Below, piece after piece: positions 10,072 to 20,252 of a stretch of 64,000 nt of DNA. Where the stretch lies: positions 10,701 through 74,700 of the forward strand of contig JBHLNT010000005.1 in assembly GCA_048941265.1 (NCBI GenBank). Reading direction: 5' to 3'. Position numbers and translations under genes: made by a program. The notes beneath the pieces were generated by a model that ran no database searches, had not been told where the DNA came from, and worked only from the letters and a program-made list of their open reading frames with translations. Source of the DNA: Promethearchaeota archaeon. Its GTDB lineage: Archaea; Asgardarchaeota; Lokiarchaeia; Sigyniarchaeales; SOKP01. The first letter of the stretch is position 1. The number at the start of each line of letters is the position of its first letter.

Positions 10072-11517
10072 TTAATTCAAACCTCCCACAGTGACATCTT
10101 CAACACGAATATATGGGCCTCCATCGCACACTCTTACACCTTGGCCTCCTTTTCCACAAGTACCATCACTAATTCCAATTTCATTACCAATTGCTGAAAT
10201 CTTATTGAGAACTTCAAGTGTCATACCTGATAATCCAACATCTCTCAATAATTCTGTTTTTTCTCCATTTTTTATTAAGTATGAGATTTTACATTTAAAT
10301 TGAAAGTTTCCTGTACTTGGATCGGTATAACCGTATTGAAAATCTTCACAGAGAATTCCATTTTTCATATCTTTAATCATTTCATCCAAATCCCAGTCTT
10401 TAGGCTCAAGCAAGGTGATCCCCATACGGACTTGAGGTTTCGATGTATTGGATGATGCTCTACCATGTCCATTAGGAGAGACACCCATTCGTGAAGAACT
10501 TTCAAGGCTATGCAAATAATTTCGGAGAATACCATTTTTGATTATTTCCGTCTTTTGGGAAGGAATACCCTCATCATCCACGAAATAGCTCCCATATAAT
10601 TCATAAGGTAAATTAAATCTTTTTCCATGTCCCATAGTTGGATCATCAATAATATTAATATCTTCACTTGCTATTTTATTACCAATTTTTCCTTCTAAGA
10701 TACTCTCTTTATTCAAGACAGTATCCGCTTCGATCGCATGTCCAAGGGCCTCATGAATCAAAACTCCACAAAATTTCGGGTCCATTATAACGGTAAATTT
10801 CCCTCCTGCGGGTGATTTTGCTTTTAATAATTCAACTGCCTCCTTGGCTGATTTAGAGCTTAATCCAATAGCTTGATCTGTTTCAACTATTTCAAATCCT
10901 CCGAGTCCTCCTACGGAATTAACAGCTCTCTGTAGTATTCCATTTTCTTGAGCATAGACTAAGCTAAATAACCTTAATATTGATAATTCCTGATAAATAT
11001 AACTTCCAAATGAGTTAAGAAACAAATTACTCCCGTAACCGTCCATATATACGGTATGGGTGTTTTTAACTTTTGGAGAGTATTCTGAAGCAATTTTTTC
11101 TTGTTGCTTTACTTGATTAATTTTATCTTCTATATCTATATCGCTAATATTCTTCTTACTCTTTATTTCATAACTGGCTATTAACGGATCTCTTTCATTT
11201 ATCTTAAATTTATGCTTACATAAAGATTCTGATATTTGGGCTAATTTTATTGCTTTTTCAAACCCCTCTATGACAGATCTTTGAGAAATAGTCTGTAAAG
11301 TATTAAATCCCCAGCCTCCATTTACAAAAGTTCTGATTCCACAATCTATAAGCTCGAAAGAGGATATTTCCTTGCTTTTTTGGTCTGTAAAATCTAAACT
11401 TGTACCCATACCTATACCAGTTTTGATATCCCAATATTCAATTGTATTAGCAGCGAGTTGGTCTAATTTCTTAATCAATTGGTCGTCAAATATTTTTAAT
11501 TCATCAGCTATGTCCAT
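10072..11517 (-). CDS. tldD: TldD metalloprotease
   Basis: HEALGHAIEAD, DDEG, CGKGGQ. Confidence 0.93.
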   Translation of the reverse strand: MDIADELKIFDDQLIKKLDQLAANTIEYWDIKTGIGMGTSLDFTDQKSKEISSFELIDCGIRTFVNGGWGFNTLQTISQRSVIEGFEKAIKLAQISESLCKHKFKINERDPLIASYEIKSKKNISDIDIEDKINQVKQQEKIASEYSPKVKNTHTVYMDGYGSNLFLNSFGSYIYQELSILRLFSLVYAQENGILQRAVNSVGGLGGFEIVETDQAIGLSSKSAKEAVELLKAKSPAGGKFTVIMDPKFCGVLIHEALGHAIEADTVLNKESILEGKIGNKIASEDINIIDDPTMGHGKRFNLPYELYGSYFVDDEGIPSQKTEIIKNGILRNYLHSLESSSRMGVSPNGHGRASSNTSKPQVRMGITLLEPKDWDLDEMIKDMKNGILCEDFQYGYTDPSTGNFQFKCKISYLIKNGEKTELLRDVGLSGMTLEVLNKISAIGNEIGISDGTCGKGGQGVRVCDGGPYIRVEDVTVGGLN

Positions 11518-11615
11518 TATTATCGTCTTTTTGTGTAATATAATATTAAGTAAAACAAAGGATATAAACTGGTTTCATTTGAAAAATAGAATTAAATATT
11601 AAAGTTAACAGGATT

Positions 11616-11876
11616 TCATTCAATTTTCCTAAATGTCAGGTTAAATCCCATATTAATATATTTTGAAAGATCCTCATTTTGCTTTTTTGTTTTTAATTCC
11701 TTAAGAATCGCAATTGCAACTTCCATTGAGCATTTTTTAGAGAATTTAGTTGATTTTTGAAATTGAAATGAATGATGGCATTTCCAACATTTTTTAGTTT
11801 TAATGATTTTACTCGAATAATACCATTCACCGCACTGATAACATCTAAAGAAATAATAATTCTTTACGCTGGACAT
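11616..11876 (-). CDS. Small zinc-ribbon protein (DUF1922-like)
   Basis: FRCYQCG...KKCWKC; likely ATG at 11876. Confidence 0.7.
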   Translation of the reverse strand: MSSVKNYYFFRCYQCGEWYYSSKIIKTKKCWKCHHSFQFQKSTKFSKKCSMEVAIAILKELKTKKQNEDLSKYINMGFNLTFRKIE

Positions 11877-12166
11877 GTGAATTATTAACAGAAATAAATT
11901 GATAAAAATCAATTAAGTACCTAAATTTTCTAATTTTCAATTCGATTAATCAACTTTCTATACAGAATTGGAATTTTTTGAGGGATCATTGGTTCAACAT
12001 TTAAGTTTAGTCTATATAGATTATATAGAATATATATAACGCTATATTCTATTGTCTATTAGAATAAAAGCAATTAAACTAAATATTCTATATATAGCAA
12101 GGTAAAAATGAGATCTGGAAATTTTGGAAATTAGCTTTAAAAAAATCAAGGGAGTTAAGGTTTCTT

Positions 12167-12265
12167 ATGAAGGATAAGTATATATATCTCATTGTGGTTG
12201 CCCTAGGAATAGCGGCAGGGGTCACATTCACTTTAATTGATAACTATATAAGGTCGTTTATTTAA
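12167..12265 (+). CDS. Putative 32-aa single-TM peptide at the head of the ABC operon
   Basis: ATG at 12167 to TAA at 12265 encodes MKDKYIYLIVVALGIAAGVTFTLIDNYIRSFI; GGGAG upstream; below the ORF-track cutoff. Confidence 0.55.
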   Translation: MKDKYIYLIVVALGIAAGVTFTLIDNYIRSFI

Positions 12266-12294
12266 AAAAAATTGTATAGTTTCACACAAAAATC

Positions 12295-13422
12295 ATGAGT
12301 CATTCACGCAGAGCTGAAAAACGTAAGAAAAGAAAAATTATTTTATTGTTTATTTTAGGTTTCGCTATCGGCAACGTCTCAACATATATTGTATCATATT
12401 TTTTTCAGGAAAAAGTCACTCACGTATATATCGTATATAGTTCTGAAAAAGCAAGCTGGATGACACATGCTTATACTGAATTTTTAGATGAATGGCACAG
12501 GAAACACCCTAACGATAAGATAATAATTGATATGCATCCATATGGTTCTTCAGACTCGATGATTAGTATTTTAAATGGAGAGATAACCCCTACTATATGG
12601 AGTCCAGCAAGTTCTATTTGGTTGCCACTTCTAAATGAAAAATGGAAAAAATATATGGATACAGATAAGGATATAGTAGATATTGATAAGGCTGTAAAAA
12701 TTATTTATTCACCAATAGTGATTGCCACCTGGGAAAGTTTTAACAAAACTTATAAAATTCATGGTTTTGTCGATTTATATGAATTAAATAAAGATGAGAA
12801 AGTAGATGTTAAAATGGCCCATACTGATCCAAGATTGTCGAATTCAGGATTTATGAGTACAATAATGGCATTATCTGCGGCTTCTGGAGTTTCCACTAAA
12901 GACTTAAAAATGAAAGATTTAAAAGATTCAGAAAATCAAAAGTGGCTAAGAACATTTGAATCCAGTGCCGTGATGTACGGAAAATCTACCGGATTTTTAG
13001 CAAAATATATGCAAGATGGAGGACCAGATAAATTAAATGTAGCACTTTTATACGAGAATTTAGTAAAAGATATTTCAAGTCAATCAGAAGGGGGGAAAGT
13101 TATTGCAATATATCCAGAAGAGGGTACATTGTTTAGCGACCATCCTTTTTGTATATTAAATGCCGATTGGGTTACACCAAAGCAACGAGAAGTGGCTGAG
13201 GAATTCCTTAATTTTTTGCAGGAGAAACAAACAGTAAAAGATGCTATGGAATATGGGTTTAGACCAATCGACCAATCGATAACATTAGACAAGAATGTTT
13301 TTAATTATAAAGATAATGGATTAGCTTATAATTTAACTATCCCTGAATTTCAGTCTCCCGATGATGGAGAGGTTTTATCAAGAATACCTGATGTATGGCT
13401 ACTTTGCAAAGCGGCAGCATGA
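12295..13422 (+). CDS. ABC transporter substrate-binding protein (N-terminal TM anchor)
   Basis: Basic N-terminus plus TM helix; SSEK, WSPASS, TDP..SNSG, YEN, YPEEGT..SDHP. Confidence 0.88.
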   Translation: MSHSRRAEKRKKRKIILLFILGFAIGNVSTYIVSYFFQEKVTHVYIVYSSEKASWMTHAYTEFLDEWHRKHPNDKIIIDMHPYGSSDSMISILNGEITPTIWSPASSIWLPLLNEKWKKYMDTDKDIVDIDKAVKIIYSPIVIATWESFNKTYKIHGFVDLYELNKDEKVDVKMAHTDPRLSNSGFMSTIMALSAASGVSTKDLKMKDLKDSENQKWLRTFESSAVMYGKSTGFLAKYMQDGGPDKLNVALLYENLVKDISSQSEGGKVIAIYPEEGTLFSDHPFCILNADWVTPKQREVAEEFLNFLQEKQTVKDAMEYGFRPIDQSITLDKNVFNYKDNGLAYNLTIPEFQSPDDGEVLSRIPDVWLLCKAAA

Positions 13423-13452
13423 ATAAAAGTAAAAATTTTAGTTGAGAAAAAT

Positions 13453-15120
13453 ATGACAAGACAAGCCCAAATCGTAAAGGAAAGAGAGATTAGTGAGGAA
13501 CTTGAATTACCTTTTGGTTTGAAATTTGATAGATTTTTTTCTAAACCCTTATATAGGAAGAGTTTAGATGCATTGACCATAGGTTTCTTTTTATTAGTTA
13601 TCATCGGACCTATTTTATTTATTTTTTTAACAATCCTACTTAATATTCCTTCTATAAATAAGGATGTATTTCATGATGAAATTCTAAAGGATCTAAAATG
13701 GCAAATGATTGTTAATTCTTTAATAGTTTCTTTTACAATTGCAGCCATTGCCGTGGCTATAGACTTAGTTATTGCATTTCCAACAGCTATTATTTTAACC
13801 CGTTATAATTTTAAAGGAAAAGAATTCCTCGACGCCCTTGTTGATTTACCAATGGCAGTACCAACCGGGGCGTTAGGCTTTTCCGTACTTTTATTTTGGG
13901 CAATTTTTTTAGTCCAGCCTGGATTCATTTTAATTCTTTTAGGACATATCGTATTTACTTTTCCCTATATAGTTCGCAATATGAAAATTGTTTTAGAAAA
14001 GGCAGATGTATTATATGAGGATGCTGCGAGAACTCTAGGGGCACCGGGAATTACTGTTTTTCGTACGATAACTCTTCCATTAATGAAAGAAGGAATAATT
14101 GCAGGAGCAATTCTTGCTTTCACCAGAAGCCTTGGTGAGACAGGAGCAACTCTAATCTTGTCTGGTTTAGTAGAAACATCCCCCATTCTAATTGTCGGTT
14201 TTCGAAGACAATTAGAGTTCCCTGCAGCTTCACTCCTTGCCGGGATCTTAATAGCAGTATCAATAACTCTTTTGTTTTCAGTAAAATTCTTTACGAGAAA
14301 GGTTGGCTTTCCTGTAAAAAGTGTTTTACCGGAATTTGAAAAAAAATTAAGCCATAGGTACTTTCGGTATGTAAGAGATGCATTGGTTGCAACTATCATA
14401 ACTTTTATGATTTTAATTCCTTCATTTTATGTGATTTCTCAAGTTTTTGATATGGCAGTTATCGATGAAGTTTTCTTCGGAAAGGATTATAAATGGGCTT
14501 ATTTATATGTGGCTTTAATAACTTCAATACAAATTGCTGCGTTAGCCGTTATGATTAATTTATTATTTGGTATACCTTTTGCTTTTATAATTGTCAAAAG
14601 AAATTGGGGAAGAGCTATCACATTTTTAGATACTATTTTAGATATTCCAATTGCTATACCATCTGCTGCCCTCGGTTTTGCCATATTTATGTTTTGGGGA
14701 CCCGCAGGAATAGGCCTATTTCAACCGGGATTTTATATGATTCTTTTTGTTCATGTAACTTTTACATTTCCCTATATGGTTCGCCCGATTATTGGCGTTT
14801 TAGAATCTACAAATGTGGGAGTTGAGGAGGCCGCTCGGACATTAGGAGCATCGAATATGACAGTATTTAGACGAATTACGCTCCCAAGTATTAAACAGGG
14901 CATTATCGCCGGAAGTATTATGGTTTTTACCAGGTCAATGGGAGAGACAGGGGCAACAATAGTAGTTATGGGAGGGATTCGAACAGTTCCCGTTTTAATA
15001 GTAGATTGGGTTGAGGCAAATGCGTTTCCAAGTGCTGTTTTCGCAAGCACTATCGTCATAATTTTTAGTGCTTTCTTAATTATCGCCTTAAGAGCAGCCA
15101 CTACAAAGAGAGGTCAGTAA
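13453..15120 (+). CDS. ABC transporter permease, two fused TMDs (CysT/ModB/FbpB-like)
   Basis: Two EAA loops (YEDAARTLGA, EEAARTLGA) and two RS.GETGAT motifs. Confidence 0.93.
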   Translation: MTRQAQIVKEREISEELELPFGLKFDRFFSKPLYRKSLDALTIGFFLLVIIGPILFIFLTILLNIPSINKDVFHDEILKDLKWQMIVNSLIVSFTIAAIAVAIDLVIAFPTAIILTRYNFKGKEFLDALVDLPMAVPTGALGFSVLLFWAIFLVQPGFILILLGHIVFTFPYIVRNMKIVLEKADVLYEDAARTLGAPGITVFRTITLPLMKEGIIAGAILAFTRSLGETGATLILSGLVETSPILIVGFRRQLEFPAASLLAGILIAVSITLLFSVKFFTRKVGFPVKSVLPEFEKKLSHRYFRYVRDALVATIITFMILIPSFYVISQVFDMAVIDEVFFGKDYKWAYLYVALITSIQIAALAVMINLLFGIPFAFIIVKRNWGRAITFLDTILDIPIAIPSAALGFAIFMFWGPAGIGLFQPGFYMILFVHVTFTFPYMVRPIIGVLESTNVGVEEAARTLGASNMTVFRRITLPSIKQGIIAGSIMVFTRSMGETGATIVVMGGIRTVPVLIVDWVEANAFPSAVFASTIVIIFSAFLIIALRAATTKRGQ

Positions 15121-15122
15121 AT

Positions 15123-16268
15123 TTGCCTACTATAGAACTCATAAACGTTTCCAAAACATTTGATGAGGGAAAAGTTTTAGCGGTAGATAGTATCTCTTTA
15201 AAAATAAATGATGGAGATTATATATTTCTACTCGGACCGAGTGGCTGTGGTAAAACCACAACACTACGGATGATTGCTGGGCTCGAAAAACCAACAGAAG
15301 GAAAGGTACTGATTGACGGTAAGGATATTGAAGGGATTCCCCCAGAGGACAGAGATATGGGTTTTATATTCCAGCATTTTGAAATTTTCGATCATATGAC
15401 TGTTTGGGAAAATGTTTCTTTTGGATTGGAAATGCGGGGATATGATGAGGATTATATTACTAAAGAAGCAGAAAAAGCATTAAAAACAGTTGATTTGTTG
15501 GACTATGCTGACGAGTATCCTTCAATTTTTGGCAATCCAGGATTACAAAAATTAGGAATAGCAAGAGCACTAGCAACAGGAGCAAAAATTCTTATTATGG
15601 ACGAACCACTGGGTTCTTTAGATCCTAAAGTTTCTAAAGTCTTTCGTCATCAATTAAGAAATTTGATTAAAGATTTAGGTCTTACTGCCATACACGTCAC
15701 TCATAACCAGGAAGAAGCGATGGCAATAGCAGATAAAATTATTGTGATGAGGGCAGGAAAGATCCTACAAATGGGTACTCCGTACGAATTATATGAACAT
15801 CCAAAAAGTATCTTTGTTGCCAATTTTTTAGGAGAGACAAATTTCCTTCAAGGTTTTGTTCTGAAATTGCTTGAAGATGGAATAATAAAAATTTGGACTC
15901 GTTTAGGAGGCCCTAAATTATTTTGTAATGAATGCGATAATGGGTTCAAATTAGATGATAATATTGTCATTGCCTTTCGTTATGAAGATGTATATCTTTT
16001 TCCAATAGATTATAATTTTAAAGAAAGTCGGTATGATTGGTCTAACATACAATTTTTTAATGCAATTTTAGAATCCAAGAGATTCATAGGTGCTACAAAA
16101 AGATACTATCTGTCATTAGATAATGGAGATAAGTTCTTAGCGACAAAACCGGGAACTTTTGCTGAAAATTATGAATCCGGAAAACAATTAATTGTTGGTA
16201 TCCATAAGGACGACATTCATATATTTGAAGCTCCTGAAGACCTTATGCATGAATTATCTTTAATGTGA
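15123..16268 (+). CDS. ABC ATPase 1 (degenerate signature motif)
   Basis: GPSGCGKT, FQ Q-loop, MDEP, HVTH intact; LSGGQ replaced by FGNPG. Confidence 0.93.
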   Translation: MPTIELINVSKTFDEGKVLAVDSISLKINDGDYIFLLGPSGCGKTTTLRMIAGLEKPTEGKVLIDGKDIEGIPPEDRDMGFIFQHFEIFDHMTVWENVSFGLEMRGYDEDYITKEAEKALKTVDLLDYADEYPSIFGNPGLQKLGIARALATGAKILIMDEPLGSLDPKVSKVFRHQLRNLIKDLGLTAIHVTHNQEEAMAIADKIIVMRAGKILQMGTPYELYEHPKSIFVANFLGETNFLQGFVLKLLEDGIIKIWTRLGGPKLFCNECDNGFKLDDNIVIAFRYEDVYLFPIDYNFKESRYDWSNIQFFNAILESKRFIGATKRYYLSLDNGDKFLATKPGTFAENYESGKQLIVGIHKDDIHIFEAPEDLMHELSLM

Positions 16269-16280
16269 GGTGATATATAA

Positions 16281-17501
16281 TTGGTAAAAATTGAATTAAA
16301 AGATGTTTCAAAATCTTTTAGGGATGTGAAGGTACTTAAAGATATATCGCTAACAATTAAAGATAAGGAATATTTTATAATTCTCGGACCTACTGGGGCT
16401 GGAAAAACAACTTTATTGAAAATAATTGCTGGACTTATTAAACCTGATTCAGGAGACATCCTTTTTAGTGATGAAATTGTGACAAATCTTAGTCCTGGAG
16501 AGAGAAATTTAGGTTTTATGTTCGAAAATTATGCCTTATTCCCACATATGACTATTTATGATAATATTGCTTACAGTTCACGTGTTCATGCTCGAGACCC
16601 AAAAGAAACTCAAAAAATAGTAGAACAAGTTTTAATGATGACACTTTTGACTGGAAGAAATGAAGCTTTACCAGCAGAAATGAGCGGAGGAATGAAGCAG
16701 CGAGTCGCACTCTGTCGGGCACTAATGAACTTAGAGCAGACTAAATTATTGATTTTAGATGAACCGTTAAAAGCTCTGGATGCTGGTCTTAGAATGAGTT
16801 TAAGAAGGGAATTATTGTTAATGGCAAAATCGAAATTATTAGAGCTGACAGTCATACATATCACTAATGAAGAAGAAGAGGCCATGATGCTTGCTGATAG
16901 AATAGCTGTTATGAATGAGGGAAGAATTGTTCAAATTGGAGCCCCCTATGAAATATATTATCAACCTAAGAATCTTTTTGTAGCAAATTTTATGAGTGAA
17001 ATAAATTATTTTAACGGTACATGTGTAAAAAATGGAAAGAACTTTAATAATAATCTGAATACTAAAAAAATAGATGAAATGTTTTTAGAAATTAAAAAAT
17101 CTTCAATTCCAATGCAAGTTGATATTGGTATGAACAATATTCTTACCGCTTTTATAGAAAAAAAAGCTTATAATGAAATTAATCACGGAGATAAGGTTCT
17201 ATTAGTTATTAGAGCTAACCATATGAAAATTCGACTTGGTTATCGAGAAAAAGACAAACACAATGCTATACGAGGTAAAATCTATAGACGAAAATTTATG
17301 GGGGTTTTTTATCGATTTGAAGTTCTTGTAAAAATAGATGGTTTAGAAAAAATCATAATTGTAACAAATCCGGCTACTTCTGAGATCCATAGCTCTATTT
17401 TAGAGGATTCAGAAGTCACGATTTATTTTCCCGAAGAATTAGGGCTTATTTTTAAGCATCCGGGAGAAGAGGTAATTAAAAAAGTATTAAAATTAGAATA
17501 A
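16281..17501 (+). CDS. ABC ATPase 2 (Q-loop Glu, H-loop Asn)
   Basis: GPTGAGKT, MSGGM signature, LDEP; FE in place of FQ and ITN in place of VTH. Confidence 0.93.
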   Translation: MVKIELKDVSKSFRDVKVLKDISLTIKDKEYFIILGPTGAGKTTLLKIIAGLIKPDSGDILFSDEIVTNLSPGERNLGFMFENYALFPHMTIYDNIAYSSRVHARDPKETQKIVEQVLMMTLLTGRNEALPAEMSGGMKQRVALCRALMNLEQTKLLILDEPLKALDAGLRMSLRRELLLMAKSKLLELTVIHITNEEEEAMMLADRIAVMNEGRIVQIGAPYEIYYQPKNLFVANFMSEINYFNGTCVKNGKNFNNNLNTKKIDEMFLEIKKSSIPMQVDIGMNNILTAFIEKKAYNEINHGDKVLLVIRANHMKIRLGYREKDKHNAIRGKIYRRKFMGVFYRFEVLVKIDGLEKIIIVTNPATSEIHSSILEDSEVTIYFPEELGLIFKHPGEEVIKKVLKLE

Positions 17502-17536
17502 TTATGAAGAAAAAAATAATATAAGAGGAAATAGAA

Positions 17537-18220
17537 ATGAGTTCATTATCTGAATGGTTTAAGTCTCGAAATGAGCAGAGTGTTATTAATAAGACATTAA
17601 TTCATATGCAAAAAATTCTGGAAGTTGTTGTGGAATTTGAAAAGGGATTATCTTTTTATATAGAAGAGAAAAATTTAGAACTCGCAATAAAAGTCTTTCA
17701 CAGAGTTACGGAATTAGAACATCAAGCAGACGGGATCAGGCGGAATATATTGACTTTGATCTCGAAAGCTGAAATATCAATGACGATTCGTGAAAATTTA
17801 GTGCATCTTACGCAAAGGATCGATGATATTGCAAATGCGACTAACGCATGTGCCCGAATACTTCTCTATTTGAATCACTCTGATTTTTTAAATTTAGAAA
17901 AAGAGGTACATTCAAAAATTTTACAAATTGCTAGAATTACTGTCGAGGCTGTTAAAAAAGTAAATAAAATGGTAAATGAAATATTAAAAATAGGCGAAGC
18001 TGAAATCCAAAAGTTGGGTGTGGATGTTAATATTTTAGAACACAAATGCGATGAATTACGCTTTGATATCAATAAAATACTGGTTTCTAACCGCCCAGAT
18101 ATCAATCCATTTAGTGCTATCGAGATTCATAATTTCATATCAATATTAGAAGCTATTAGCGATAATGCTGAGGATGTTGCAGATTATATAATAATGCTAA
18201 CAGTTGCTAAGAGAACTTAA
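17537..18220 (+). CDS. DUF47/PhoU-like phosphate transport regulator
   Basis: EHQAD..RR, RIDDIA, EHKCD, EAISDNAEDVAD. Confidence 0.9.
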   Translation: MSSLSEWFKSRNEQSVINKTLIHMQKILEVVVEFEKGLSFYIEEKNLELAIKVFHRVTELEHQADGIRRNILTLISKAEISMTIRENLVHLTQRIDDIANATNACARILLYLNHSDFLNLEKEVHSKILQIARITVEAVKKVNKMVNEILKIGEAEIQKLGVDVNILEHKCDELRFDINKILVSNRPDINPFSAIEIHNFISILEAISDNAEDVADYIIMLTVAKRT

Positions 18221-18455
18221 GATATTATTAAAAGTCCCGAATTTTTTTTTATTTATTTTCAATTGTATTTATGATTATAAAAAAAGAACTGAAGAAGTTT
18301 TCAAAATATTTAGAATAGCTATTTTTGTTTATTTCTCTATTCTTTCTATATAGTTCTATTTAGGAGATAATAGTAATTAATATACAAATAATAAATTTAA
18401 ATTATCTCAATAGATTATGTAAAATATATTTAGAATACTTTCAAATATTAGAACG

Positions 18456-19127
18456 ATGATTGACCTTACTGACTTTTCCGATAAGAATTTAAAGAAGTTA
18501 AAAATTGACGATTTAACCCGTATGTTTATGGACTGTATAAATGAACAGAATTTAAGATTAATCGAGGGAATAGAATATCTAGTAAAAGAAGATTTTGATA
18601 ATTTTGAAAAGAATTTGAAGTATGTAATAGAGGCTAAAACTGAAATTCAAATAAAAAGGGCATTTGAAGCCAAAGTATTTAAAGCTAAACTTATGTTCTC
18701 TAAAGCAGATAGATTAAAGGTTTTTTCTAAAATAAATGATATAAAAGATATTGGAGAATTTTTGGCTAATAAATTACTTGTCTATAAGGTGGTTTTTCCT
18801 GATGAAAAATTTAAACTTAGGATTGAGCTCATTCTTAAATATCTCAGAGAAATCTCAATGAATGTAGTTGATGCGGTAAATACTATAGGGTCTGATTTAA
18901 CTCATGCCCACGATATCTGCGAACACATAAAAGATGAAAGACGAAAAATGAGAGTGGAAGAGTGGAATTTATTAAGACGACTCTGGAATTATGAGATGGA
19001 TTATATTCCTAAAGAATTCATATATCTTAAAGAGATGATTGGAGGAATTATGATGTTGGCCGATCATATGAAGAAATTCTCGGAGTATATCCAGTTCTTA
19101 GCAACTAAATATTACTATTTTAAATAA
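18456..19127 (+). CDS. Divergent DUF47/PhoU-like helical protein
   Basis: Similar length and helical pattern (KADRL...INDI.D, LADHM); directly upstream of PiT; acidic motifs eroded. Confidence 0.6.
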   Translation: MIDLTDFSDKNLKKLKIDDLTRMFMDCINEQNLRLIEGIEYLVKEDFDNFEKNLKYVIEAKTEIQIKRAFEAKVFKAKLMFSKADRLKVFSKINDIKDIGEFLANKLLVYKVVFPDEKFKLRIELILKYLREISMNVVDAVNTIGSDLTHAHDICEHIKDERRKMRVEEWNLLRRLWNYEMDYIPKEFIYLKEMIGGIMMLADHMKKFSEYIQFLATKYYYFK

Positions 19128-19149
19128 TTAAACCTTTAGGGTTAAATCC

Positions 19150-20181
19150 ATGGAATCTGAGATAGCAGGCATAATAGTTGCAGTTTTAATCACTTTAGCT
19201 ATAGGATTAGCGTTTTCTATTGGGGCAAATGATGAAACGTCAGCACCCTTAGCCGCTGCGGGAACATTAAAAATAAGAATGGTTTTGATAGTTGGGGGCG
19301 CAGCAATAGCATTTGGTACCATCTTTTTATCCCAAGGAGTCGCGAGTATGGTCGGAGAAAAAATTTTGGGACCAGGGATTAAATACACTATATTTATGCT
19401 ATTTGCTGTACTGATTAGCAGTATTTTGTGGTTAGTCATCGGATCTTTTGCCGGTATACCTTTATCCAGTACTCATAGTCTTATAGGGAGTATTTTTGGG
19501 GTTGTTATTGTATACGCTTTATTTTATGGAGGTGTTGATCCTGCCACAGCTTTTAATTGGGAAAAGTTAGGAACTGTAGTGATATCTTGGTTTTTAAGCC
19601 CTTTATTTGGTCTTTTAGTGACATACGGATTATATAAGCTAATTGAGAAGCTTTATTTATCAAAAAAGAAAGGACTAAGTGAAATCGAGAAGTCTGAAAA
19701 GAATTTTGCTGGAGCTCTTTTAGCAGCTATAATCTTTGCTGAAATTTGGGTTGGAGCAAATTCAGCTGAGGCGCTGGGTATATTATATGCATTATATAGC
19801 AATGGAGAAATAGATTTGGCTACCTATTATTTTTTTGTGGTAATATGCGCAATTTTAGCATTTTTAGGATTATATATTGCAGGTCGTTATGTGATTCGTA
19901 ATTTAGCGAGTCAACTGACGGATGCCCGTCCTTCTGATGGTTTTATCATACAACTCAGCTCTGCTATAATATTAATGTTTTGTACAGTTATATATAGCGT
20001 CCCGATAAGTCATAGTCATGTAATTGTATTTTGTATTATTGGTTTAAATATTGCTCAAAAAAAAGAAGTAGATTATGCAAAATTAGGTAAAATGTTTATT
20101 TTTTGGGTCTTAACATTTCCATTGGCAGCCATTATGGCTGGACTTATTTACTTCGGATTTCTTTCATTTGGATTTTACTAA
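19150..20181 (+). CDS. PiT family inorganic phosphate transporter
   Basis: IGAND, P.SSTH, VGANS, PISHSH; multiple TM helices. Confidence 0.9.
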   Translation: MESEIAGIIVAVLITLAIGLAFSIGANDETSAPLAAAGTLKIRMVLIVGGAAIAFGTIFLSQGVASMVGEKILGPGIKYTIFMLFAVLISSILWLVIGSFAGIPLSSTHSLIGSIFGVVIVYALFYGGVDPATAFNWEKLGTVVISWFLSPLFGLLVTYGLYKLIEKLYLSKKKGLSEIEKSEKNFAGALLAAIIFAEIWVGANSAEALGILYALYSNGEIDLATYYFFVVICAILAFLGLYIAGRYVIRNLASQLTDARPSDGFIIQLSSAIILMFCTVIYSVPISHSHVIVFCIIGLNIAQKKEVDYAKLGKMFIFWVLTFPLAAIMAGLIYFGFLSFGFY

Positions 20182-20252
20182 TCTATATAAAATATATATT
20201 TCTATATATATTATTTAATAAATGGAAAAAAAAAACGTCAAAGTGGCATAAA

